From Chrysomallon squamiferum (Eukaryota > Animalia > Mollusca): a stretch of DNA of 64,000 nucleotides. The notes beneath the pieces were generated by a model. The model saw nothing but the letters and a program-made list of their open reading frames with translations. It had not been told where the DNA came from and did not search any database. Every line of letters begins with the position of its first letter. Position 1 is the first letter of the stretch. Of the stretch, positions 11,895 through 23,040 are shown one piece after another. The stretch is from the NCBI GenBank assembly GCA_012295275.1, contig CM022666.1, positions 8,990,001 to 9,054,000 of the forward strand, read 5' to 3'. Position numbers and translations under genes: made by a program.

Positions 11895-14800
11895 CACTAT
11901 ACATAAAAACACTCAAATGTAATTTTCCAGACGAAGCATGAAATTCAACTTTTTCAATGCTCATATGCTCAATGCTCATATCCTAACCTCCAAATATGTC
12001 ATATCCTACATATGCACCTATATACCCATCAGCACTACAGATCTACAAAAAAAGAAAAAAGTTACATTTAAATGGGCTACACATGATTTTTCCTCATCTT
12101 TTTCCCTTTGGCTGACTTTCTGCTATCTTTAATATCACAAAATGCATGATTATGACAGAAGTATGACACAACTGGGCAGAACACCTTTTGACCATCAGAA
12201 TTTCAATACAGGTACAGGTTTAATATACACACACTTCCCCTATGTATTACTGTTGCTTGTGTTTTCATAGGAATTATATCCTTTTTACATAATACTGTTT
12301 GTTTGTTTTTGTATTTGTATTGTTGTTGTTTTTTGCTTTTCTGTTTTTATTTGTTTGATTTTGTTGTTGTTTTTTTAATTAAATAAAAAAAAAATACTTC
12401 ACTGAGCACCGGTAAAATAAAACTTGTTGACACTCTCCAAGGAACAGATTAAAATTTATCTATCAGTAACTAATTCAGTTTAAAAACAGATGAAACAGCT
12501 TAGTTCACTGTTACTACTTATTTTTTCACTGCCATTATATCAGTTTAAAAAATGTTTACTAACATTTTACTGTTGAAGCAATCGTATGTATAAAATGATT
12601 TGAAAGGAACTGAACTGTTGATATTTATTAAGTTTTGTTTAGTTGTTAATACAGCTGTTGTCAAGGTTTTGATTGAACACATTTATGTGCTTAATTAGGT
12701 TGTGCGCTGAAATAAATCTATGCATATGCCTGTGTGTATGGACTTTTATCAATATATACAAGGGAGTGTATATATCTGAGTGTGCATATGTGTATTTATA
12801 TCAGTACATATATGCATATGTATATATGTGTGTGCATGTGTGTGTAAATATGTCCATTTATATGTATATCATATATTAAATGTTTTTTCAACAATTTCGT
12901 TACAGATGAAACAATAAAAAAAAAATCTTGTTTAATTAATTTTTGATAATAAAATGCAGTAAGCATATTTCTCAATTAAGTAATTTCTCAGTGTACACAC
13001 ATTTACATATGTTGTGTGTTACTTCATATAATTAATCATTATCTAATTAAGAATAAGATAATTATGAATATGCTACATTTGGAATGGACTTACAGATAAT
13101 CTCACGGAACAAAAGCATAGACACCTCTATCCATCATTCTCTAATGTTGTATGAAAAAAATAAAACACAGATTTTCTTATTTTTCTTGTGATAAACCTTT
13201 AGGCTTGATTTAAATTCTAACTGAAATATTTATAATATTTTTCAAATTACAAATAACATCAAACATGAATGAAAACGAAAAAGGAAAGGAAGATATCATT
13301 AGCACCAAAAACAAAACGACCAAAAAAAAACAACCAAAAAAAAATGAAAGCGATCTCCAGTGGCTATTTTAGTCAACCAATTTAGCACATTCTGGCAATA
13401 AGCAGAAAGACAGATTATCTTGATGTTTTCACAGACACCAGCCAAGATGCTAATTTAGAAACCAGCCGTGATTGATCAGTGAACTCTGACCCTAATCCTT
13501 TTAAATTTTATTGATTAGAGATGAAGTATCAGAATAGCAGTCAGTCAAACTCACAATATTAATCAGTAAACCAAGCGGCTCTAGTTTAATAAAAACATGT
13601 ATTAATGATTATATTTTTAAAGTATGTGTTTACAGTAGTGCCTGGCTATATCATGACAAAAACATTGGCCTTTGTGATCCCAGTTTACAAATATGTGCAT
13701 GTAAACACTAATACACACACATCAACACACACACACACACACTCATACAGAAGAAACACTTATACAGACACAAACATATACATATACATATATAAGCATA
13801 TCTTCTTCGGAATATCACACACATGCATACACACACACAGTAAAAGTTGTAACTTATAACAAAACTGTCTAAAAATTTCTGAATTTTAAAATTAACAGTT
13901 TTATTTCCTAAAAGTTGTCCATGCAGAATTTATTTACTGTAAATGGTTATAAAACAAAATAACATAAAAATGTATTTATATTTCATTTTTATTTATTTAT
14001 TTTTTATATTTTAATATTTTGATTATTTCTGGAGAAACAAACTTTTGAATTAGAAATAATTTTCTTTTTCCAGTGAAATTATGATTAATATTCAAGCTGC
14101 AAGATGTATTTCTATATATAAATCAAACTGAAAATTTAAAATTACAAAACAAAACAACAAAAATTGATTTTGAAGATGACATTTAAGTTATAAAGACATT
14201 TAAATAAAATAATTAAAATATAAACTTAATGTTTTGAAGCTGACATTAGACAAAAGAAAATATAATGAAATTAAAAAAAAAAACAGAAGAGAAAGTATAA
14301 CTTATGTACATAATATAGATATTTAATTAATAGTTTGTTAAATTGTACTTTAAAGTTTTTAAATGATTAAAAATTTAAAAACAGAAATTCATTATAATGC
14401 TATTTTGTACTAACATTAAATTTCAACACATACAGTAATAACATAAATAACATTACATAAGCACATACCCACTCACGTTAGTTCAATATTTTATATATGG
14501 TTTTATTCTATATTTCCAGACTGGAAACAATCAACAGTGTATAATTCCACTGAATTTAAAAGTAATAAAGATTGTTATTCAAAATTAATTTCCCTTAGGG
14601 ATACACATACCTTGTAAAATCACAAAAACAAAATATATTTAGAAAAGCTAATAATATTTTATAACACAAACAGAGAAATGGAGGGGTTTTTTTATTGCTG
14701 TTTTGGGAGGTAATTTTTTGTGACAATAAGTTTTATTAAATAAATTCAGTGAATTAAATAGGTACTGATCAAAATCTTATTACATTAAATAAAAAAATTA

Positions 14801-16239
14801 ATAAAATGATATTATACCTGAATAAACAAACATTACATAAACATGTTTTATTTTATTTTAATGCATTTTATTTTTATTTTTATTTATTTATTTTAATTTT
14901 TTATTGACAGTACATAATTAGCTTTTAGCAAGTAATAAAATTGACCGATGTGGTTCATGGTAATAAAAGAATGCATTTATTTTATTTGCATTATGATTAC
15001 ATACTGCAGTTCAGATTTAACCTAGTTTATTTAATATAAACAGTGTACTAATTTTCCCATTAGTGATAAATAATCTTTTATTATTTTAAACATATTTCCA
15101 AAGAGACTGAAAAACAACCTGTGACTTCTGATTATATGAATGCTGTAATTAATTTAAACCTTTTTCAATTTGATCATGTCAGTTTGTACTGAAAAATAAT
15201 AAATATACATCTTATCTTCTTCTTTTTTCCCCTGTTAGATTAAAGATAAATAAATAAAGCAGTCAAGGTGTTAACACCAAAAACTTTAACTTGTCAGATT
15301 TACTAATAAATAAAACAAAATTTCAGTAAGGAGAAAAGTGTTTTTTCAATGTTCTGTAACTACAGATTTTCAAATATTGTACACAATGTTTTCCCTCTTC
15401 AGACATCCTGTACACAAAGCACCACATTCCTCTGTACTGAACAGAGAGCATAAGGATGAAGCCTTTAACAAAAACTGCACTTGGTTTAGAGACTTTCCTG
15501 AATCCTGTATCTTACTGGTCTAAGATATACATTTTCTTTACTGACTGCTTTTATTTCTTTGCATTATTATTATTATTATTATTATTATTACTACTACTAC
15601 TACTACATGAAATTACAATTTTATGAAACGTAAATAGAAAACATGATAATAAAAAGATATATATATATATATATTGATCTTTTCCAATAAAAATATCTCT
15701 ATTATTAATTTATTTTTCCTTCAAATTCTGTTGAATTTTCTATACCAAACAATACAAGTACTTTCTATGCTAATTTTTTTGAAATTGCAGTAATAGGATA
15801 TTTTAATAATTTATATAATTTAAAAATTAAAATGAAGAATAAAAATACATTTAAAAGTAAAATGCCTCAACAATTAGAGTTATGTTTATCCAAAACAACA
15901 GCTTGAGTATTCTACAATCAATAATCAAGTAAAATCTTAGTTCACTTCCTATTACTTAATGGAAAACTGTTAAAAGAAATATAAATAATACCATGATAAG
16001 TAGATTACTGCTGGTTATAACAAAACATAAGATACCTATGGAAACCGTGATAATATTAAAACTGTGATGACACTGCTATTGCTGATATTTGTAACTTGAT
16101 AATACGACAGACTTACTATGACGTACGAGTGACGGGGTTTATATTACATCTCTTATTTTTACTCACCCTTCACGTCGATGTTATAGTGTTCAAATAATAA
16201 ATATACTTATTAAAAATATAAAGATAATGTCCGACATAC

Positions 16240-16500
16240 CTTCATAAAAATATCCGCCTCTGAATCATTCGATGTCTTTTGTCCATATCGTTCGATCAGC
16301 TGAGCCCTATTTCTATATTTAGCACTGTTTTGTTATTTTACTGTCTCTTCCTGCAATGCAAATGAGAGCTTTGACATGTAAACAAACTGAAATCAGTATG
16401 GCCAATAATTCAGAAAATCATGCACACGATGTGCATCCAAAGTGAACTGTAAATCGTCATATTTAACACTTTGATAACATTATAAAGATGAACGGAACTG
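16240..16500 (-). other. TMEM164: Probable non-coding first exon of TMEM164 (5' boundary uncertain)
   Basis: Good donor AAG|GTATGT at 16240/16239 on the minus strand, in the CpG-enriched segment next to the ETS/CCAAT promoter. The link to the 5409 acceptor is inferred. Confidence 0.55.
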
Positions 16501-16549
16501 ATAAAACAAATTAAACAGATTTTGCAGAACCACAAAGCAAAATGTCACT

Positions 16550-16670
16550 TTGTTACTTCCGGTTTAGAATTCAGTCTGCCAAAGTATATTCAAACATTTG
16601 ATTGGATAACCGACAAATATCTGCTTCCGGATGTTGCGAAACAAATAAATCGCGAATTATGATTGGTTGC
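16550..16670. promoter_or_regulatory. Bidirectional TATA-less promoter between TMEM164 and CLNS1A
   Basis: ETS-type sites ACTTCCGGT 16555-16563 and CTTCCGGATG 16624-16633; inverted CCAAT boxes (TGATTGG) at 16599-16605 and 16660-16666; TCGCGA palindrome 16650-16655. CpGs are locally enriched against a depleted background, and the CLNS1A ATG is about 100 bp downstream. Confidence 0.7.
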
Positions 16671-16762
16671 AAATATGAAACCACCAAAACGTGCTGTTAG
16701 CAAATTGTGAATTGTGTTTTTCATCTTGATTTTGTGAATTAAATAAAGGAACTCAGAAAGGC

Positions 16763-19700
16763 ATGGTTATTTTGACAAGTTTCCCTCCTCCAACAGAAGG
16801 AGTGAGACATAAACAAGAAAATACTGTTGCTAATATAGACGGCAACTCGCTTGGAAATGGTTCATTGTTTATTGCAGAAAGGCAAAATAAATTTGTTATG
16901 CTTTTAGTTTTACATTTTTCTATGCGACTGTTGTAATTGTTCTTACAAAACTGCATTGAACTGATTTTCAGTAACATAATTTATAATGTAATAATAACAG
17001 TTATTAATAATCTTACGAATGATGATCAATAGGGTAGGTAACATTAATTAGTCTTGATGAGATTATGTTTGAAAGTTATGAGTGGAGAAAGTTAAGTTTA
17101 GAATTTAACCAGCCTCATCAAATGTCAGGAAGAAATATCAACAGTCCGGATTCACCAAATTGTTAGTGACTAAATTACATTTAATTATTTATAGAATTTG
17201 TAAAGTATCGGATTCCACTATAATCTAAATCTAAATGCCAGATAAAAGTTAACTAAGGTTATAAATATCCTTAATGTAAAATGTGATATTGTAATATATT
17301 AATGATTAACTATGTACAATATTCTTTATAATTCACTGACTGTAACACATGGCTAATAAAAATCATAAAAAGTATGAAATAGAACTGCTAGGTATTGAAC
17401 CCTTGCACCTCAATCTAACAATTTTTTAATATTTCAATATTTTCTTTACAGTCGCCTGTCATGGATGGGTGAAGGGGGTCAGGGTTTTTCACTGGAGTAC
17501 CCAGCCATCAGTCTCCATGCTTTGTCACGGGATGTAAACACATTTCCTCAGCCTTGTCTCTATCTGATGATTGATGCTAAACTTATAGGTATTGTTATTA
17601 TTAATAATAAATAATAATTATTATTATTATTGCTGTCATTATTTTATTATTATCACTATTGATGTTATTATTGTTACTTTTACTGTTACTGTTGTTGTCA
17701 TTACTATTGCTATTCTTGTACTTATTAATTTAACTGACACATTACATATACTGGTTGTAGCAGTCGTAATAAATTTTATATATTTCCAGGTGACAATTTT
17801 ATAGGTACTAGAAAATTTTATATTTGCTTACAACCAAAATAAAAATTTAATATTGTTATAAAAATGAACAATCGTATTTTTTTTAGCATTTAGTATCCTG
17901 CTGCAGTGTTCTAGATGTTAAAATGTAAAAAAAACAATTTTTCAGAGAAAGAAGAAGAAACACACAATTCTGATTCAGAAGAAGATGAAAATCCTGTCTG
18001 TGAAATCCGATTTATTCCACGAGAATCTGATTCTTGTATGTGACTTTGTTTATTGTTTATTGACATAATTGGTTTCTCTACACAAACCCAGTTTCCTACA
18101 CATCAAAAACATTATGCTTCCATAATTGACAGCAGTTATCTGTCAACTGATTTAAATATATGCCTGGCAATTGTTTTTCATGTATTTCCCACTTTCAAAC
18201 TTGGCAAAGTTTGAACATCCACAAAACTCACAATAATTTTAGAATGATTAAATGTAATTGATATTTAGTAAAATTTAAATAGATATTAAATTACTGATTA
18301 ATCAAGATTTAAACAGTTTTTCACGCAGCGTAAGACTGTCCTCACCAGTGCAAGTCTCGTGACTTGATAAGAGACGATCTCTACTCACTTCACTGTCTGC
18401 TGATTTTCTCATAATCTCTTCTGTGAGCAAACACAACAATCAGTATTAATTATAGTGAAACAGTCAGTCTTGGTCAGTTGATGGTTTCATGGCTAGTTCT
18501 GCCATTACTAAAGCTGGAGTGCACACTTCAGCCCCAAAATGGCTAAGCACCTATTTGTGATTTTAGGGCCCAGGTTGCTGACTGCTGATAATGGAACCAT
18601 TTCCAAGACCATGAAATTCTTTCCACTGTAGATGTACATTATATTCATGGATAGGCAAACAATAGTTATGTAATGATAAATTTAAATAGCTAAAGTTGAA
18701 AACAATCAAATAATTTTGTCAAATGGAATACGTATATTATTTAATTACAGTATATTAGAAAAATGTAAGGCATGGTATCACTTGAAAAACAAACAAGTAA
18801 TCATTCATATTTATTTTAGCATCTTTTGAAAATATGCTTAATTCTGGTGTGGTTTTGTGAATTCTTTGATTTGTATAGGATTCTGTCTATAGCTTGTTAA
18901 ATAATTTACAAAACTTCAGATTAGTTTTGATTTTTGAGGTAACCAATTTCCCAGTAAATGATGTAGAGGGAAAGACTAAATCTATCTTAACAAATTAGCT
19001 AAGCTTTGTATCAATGGAATATATTTTTGTTAAAATTTTAACTATTCCTTATTTAGATTTTATTTTTATTATTTTCTTAATTATTATTAATGTTGATCTA
19101 AATCTTATTTATCATTGATGCTTATCTAATTCTTATTTTGATTGTTGTTTATTACTGATGTTAAACCAAGCCATGTTTTGATTGGTTCTAATTTACAGTG
19201 GGTGAGATGTTTCAAGCTATGAATGAATGTCAGGCCCTTCATCCTGACCAAGATGACCTGGACTCAGATTCTGGAGGAGATGGGGGTAAGTTGAGTTTTA
19301 AACAAATTACATTTTTGAAAAGTTACTTTTAAAATTTCTCATCTATAACATATCTATAAAATAAAGAATCCAATCAGTTACACATCAATGTTAATGAAAT
19401 ATTGCCTCTGTTTTAACAAATGTCACATACACTCTCTCTCTCTCTCTCTCCCCCTCTCACTTATTTCATTGTTTAGGAATTAACATTTGAGCAAAGTTGT
19501 TAATCCAGGTTAGTGCAAAACACTAGCCAGATGTCCGAGAAAATGAGCTGACCATGTCAACAATTAAACAAAACAAAAAATAATAATAATGTTGGACAGA
19601 CTCATGCTGCTGACAGAAGATAAGTGAGAAAAAGAGACAATCTTGTTTATGTTTGATGAAATAAGCAGAAAGATCCTGTCTGTACTCCCAAACAGAAGTA

Positions 19701-20120
19701 AAAAGTAAATCACTGGGTGACGATACCAATAGGATGTTTAAAATGATATTTGTTACTAAAGAATATATTTCATTGTTAGACAACTGGTACCAGGGTGAGG
19801 CAGGCTTTGAAGATCTAACAGCTGAGGGTCGGGCTACATTGCGACATCTAGAAAATGTCATTAGAATTGGAGATGGGGACAGGGAGCCAGTGTCAGCTAA
19901 TGGTAATCAAGGTAATAAAGAGTTCTTTTTCTTGTTTCCATTTGCTTTCTGAAGATTGTTTTACATTTCATTATTATAAATATGTCACTGCATGTAAGTG
20001 TATATACTGGGAGGAATAAATTTAAAACAAATTATTTTTATTTTTTCAGAAAATCATATTAATGGTGAGGAAACCATGGACACTGAACAGTTTGAAGATG
20101 CTGAAATGGATGAGAGATAG
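16763..20120 (+). CDS. CLNS1A: Methylosome subunit pICln (chloride nucleotide-sensitive channel 1A), complete, 6 exons, 211 aa
   Basis: Exons 16763-16881, 17452-17588, 17946-18035, 19199-19285, 19780-19911 and 20050-20120 total 636 nt in an open frame. Protein: MVILTSFPPPTEGVRHKQENT...GNGSLFIAESRLSW...GFSLEYPAISLHALSRD...EIRFIP...MFQAMNECQALHPD...LTAEGRATLRHLE...QFEDAEMDER*. These are hallmark pICln motifs. Intron 1 is GC-AG and the rest are GT-AG. Confidence 0.95.
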
Positions 20121-20741
20121 ACTACATCCTGGTCTGTTTAGTCTAAACCATTTAACACTGACCTGTACAGACACTGAGACAGACCTTGTCCAGTCAAATT
20201 TTTACATTTCTCAGAAACAAGTCCTAAGAATAGTTTCAAAATGGCAGAAACGGAATGGAAATTTTCATTACTTTGAAAGACAGAACACCAGCTGTTATTA
20301 CCGTTTGTTGCAAAATATTAAAAGAAAGTTGTTTTATCATATCAAACAGGAAACCTGAGAGATTGTTTCTAATTAAAATATGTGAATTGAGTGAGTTTTC
20401 ATTCAGTAGTGAGGTTTTGTTGTTCTTACATAATATTCACCATTTGGCTTAGTTTTGATCAAATTAAAAAAATAGCAAAAACAAAAATGAAATTAATTTT
20501 CTGATGTTTTCAGGAAGTAATATTGGTGTGAATAATAAATAATTCCTTTTTTTTTTTACCACATTTCCCTGGAAAATCACAGTCAGAATGAGAATTATAG
20601 AAAAATAATTTCATTATTCATCAGGATTATCATTTTTAATTTAAGTCTTTTTGTAACAATGAAGTTGTTGACTTTCATAGCTAATGTTGGTTGTCAAATT
20701 GGATGAATTTTAGCAATAAGTTTTTTTTTTGCTGATCTTTA

Positions 20742-20747
20742 AATAAA
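20742..20747 (+). terminator. Candidate CLNS1A polyadenylation signal
   Basis: AATAAA followed by a T/GT-rich stretch, about 620 nt after the stop codon. Other AATAAA candidates exist (20534, 21174). Confidence 0.4.
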
Positions 20748-21161
20748 GAAATGTTATTTTCTATATGTACTCTGTTTTCTATTGTATACGGGAGAGCACT
20801 GTGGCATGTTACTGCACAAATACTTTTTTGTCCATTAACTAAGTTGCCCTTGGAACATTAATTCAAAATAATACAAGCTAGTCATGGACACATCTAATTT
20901 CATGAGGAAAATAACATTTATTAGTTGTGTTGCCCTCCTGATGATGTGCTATGTCATGTGACCAGCTTCTTGAAAAATATTGCCTACATCTGTTCTAAGC
21001 TGTGCAGCTAAATCAGGAAAGCCAGAAGAAAATCCTTAAAATGAGTGCAACAGTCAGCAAAAATGCTTGGCCATTAAAAATAATCTGTATAATCACTGAA
21101 TATATTAACTGAAAATCTCAGTAAAATAAAAACAAAGTCAGAGTTTTCTGAGAAAGATAAA

Positions 21162-21167
21162 TTTATT
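21162..21167 (-). terminator. Candidate distal KDM6A polyadenylation signal
   Basis: TTTATT on plus is AATAAA on minus, with T-rich sequence downstream on minus, at the end of a stretch with 3'UTR-like motifs. A second candidate is at 20917-20922. Confidence 0.4.
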
Positions 21168-21279
21168 GAACACAATAAATAATACAATGACCCATGTACA
21201 GTGACTTACAAAGAGATGAAACATGAACTTGCAAACAGTACAGAAATATTCCACTTAGCTTCACTTTGGTAAAGTGAAC

Positions 21280-21740
21280 ACAGTGCCAAACACTTTAACA
21301 TTTCAAATCTGGCAACGTACGTATGTACAATACAGACCACAGATATATTTAAATATTTAATTTTTCATGAATCTGGCAATGTATATACAGTCAAACAGTA
21401 CAAACATATTTAAATATTCCATTTATCATCAATCTGACAATATAGATTTCATAAGTTTAAATATTCAAATCCTGCAAAGTATATACAGTGCCAAACAAAA
21501 CAGACATTTTGATAACATTTAACTTATTTTTAAATATATGTTAAATAATTTTTAAATATTCACATTTGGCCACACATACAAAATGCCAAACATCAGAAAT
21601 ATCTTTTAAATTATTTCATTAAATCATTTTTTAAATATTCATATTTGGCAACATATATACAATGCTAAACCACAGAAATGTTTAAATGTTTGTCTGCAGT
21701 TCTGGCAGTGTATGTACAATGCACCAAGCAGTACAGCCAA
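21280..21740. repeat. Degenerate ~60-90-bp repeat in presumed distal KDM6A 3'UTR
   Basis: About 6 units of TTTAAATATT...ATCTGGCAA..TAT(A/G)TACA(A/G)TGCCAAAC..ACAGA. Confidence 0.75.
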
Positions 21741-22559
21741 ACTAAAAGACACCAATGGATAACCAACACCCCTTAAACACCAGATCTGACACGCCCAAAT
21801 GAAACAGTATGACAGTAAGCACCTCACAGGAAGCTAAAATCAATACAATAAATGTCAAACTTGATTGTTAAATGCTGTTAATATGACTTGAAGTTCAATA
21901 TGTTCAGAGAATTACTTAAAAATGTTATTTATTATTTTTATTTCATTATTTTTTTTTTTTTAATGCTCATGAAAAAATTATGGTCACAATTATATAATGT
22001 CATTTTTTAAAATTTGTTTATAAATTGTGTTAACAAAAGATAATTTATATTTATTTTTATAAAAATAAAGTAATTTCATCTTTTCAACTCTTTTCAAATA
22101 TAAATAAAAATAAATTTCATATATTTAATCAAACAATACTGAAAAATAAATAAAAATATTCCATATTAAATTAAAATTACATGAGAATGAGGGAGGAATC
22201 AAATGTTTAAAATAAGAAGAAAAAAGTCTTAATAAATAAATATTGTTTTCTTATTTTCAGACCATCAACATGTAAAATGTATAATTTTCAAATCATATTT
22301 AGTAATATATATATTTAAATAAATAGATAGATAGATTTCAATCTTTATAAATGAATTAAAAGTTTATCTATCTACATTTCTTAAGCCTGATGTAAAAAAA
22401 AAACCACCCCAAAACCCCCCCAACTTTTATTTAACAGATAAGAAATTAACTAAAAAAATTATTACTTGTATGTCTGGTGTTTATTATTATCAGTTTGGAC
22501 TTTACACTGACTGAATATTCTGAAATGATTATGAAAGTGAAAACTACACCAATTCTATA

Positions 22560-23040
22560 GATGAAGTATGCAATCTCAACAGCAGATTACAATATTATGG
22601 GCTCTGCTGCCAAAGCTACAATATATTAAATATATAAAATATGATATCACAGTAGACCACAATATCATATTCTCTTACCATAGCTACAAAACATTACAGT
22701 ATGAAAAACCTAACACCAGTCTATGACATTATAGGCTAGGTTACCATAGTTACAAAACACAGTATGAGACATGAGTGTAGTTCTATTGCCATAGCTACAA
22801 AACATACGAAATGTGATCTCACAGCAGAGTATGATATCATTAAGTTATGCTACCATAGCTAGAAAATATTGCAGACTATGACATCATTGGCTATACTGCC
22901 ATAGCTACAAAACATTACAGTAAGCCAAATATATTGTATGTTAGGTTACCATAGCTGTAAAATGAGCCCTTTAGCTGACTCCATAGTACCCTCTACTGCA
23001 GATTATGACATCAAAAATTATCACCATGAATATAAAATTA
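22560..23040. repeat. Degenerate 45-68-bp repeat with conserved core RCCATAGCTACAAAA
   Basis: Core copies at about 22609, 22677, 22743, 22788, 22852, 22898 and 22948. A secondary motif CAGAYTATGACATCAT recurs between them. Confidence 0.85.

Noticed and set aside
22560-23040. CRISPR-like repeat-spacer appearance
   Set aside because: The context is eukaryotic, the core is only about 15 nt and degenerate, the spacers are related to each other and there are no cas genes.
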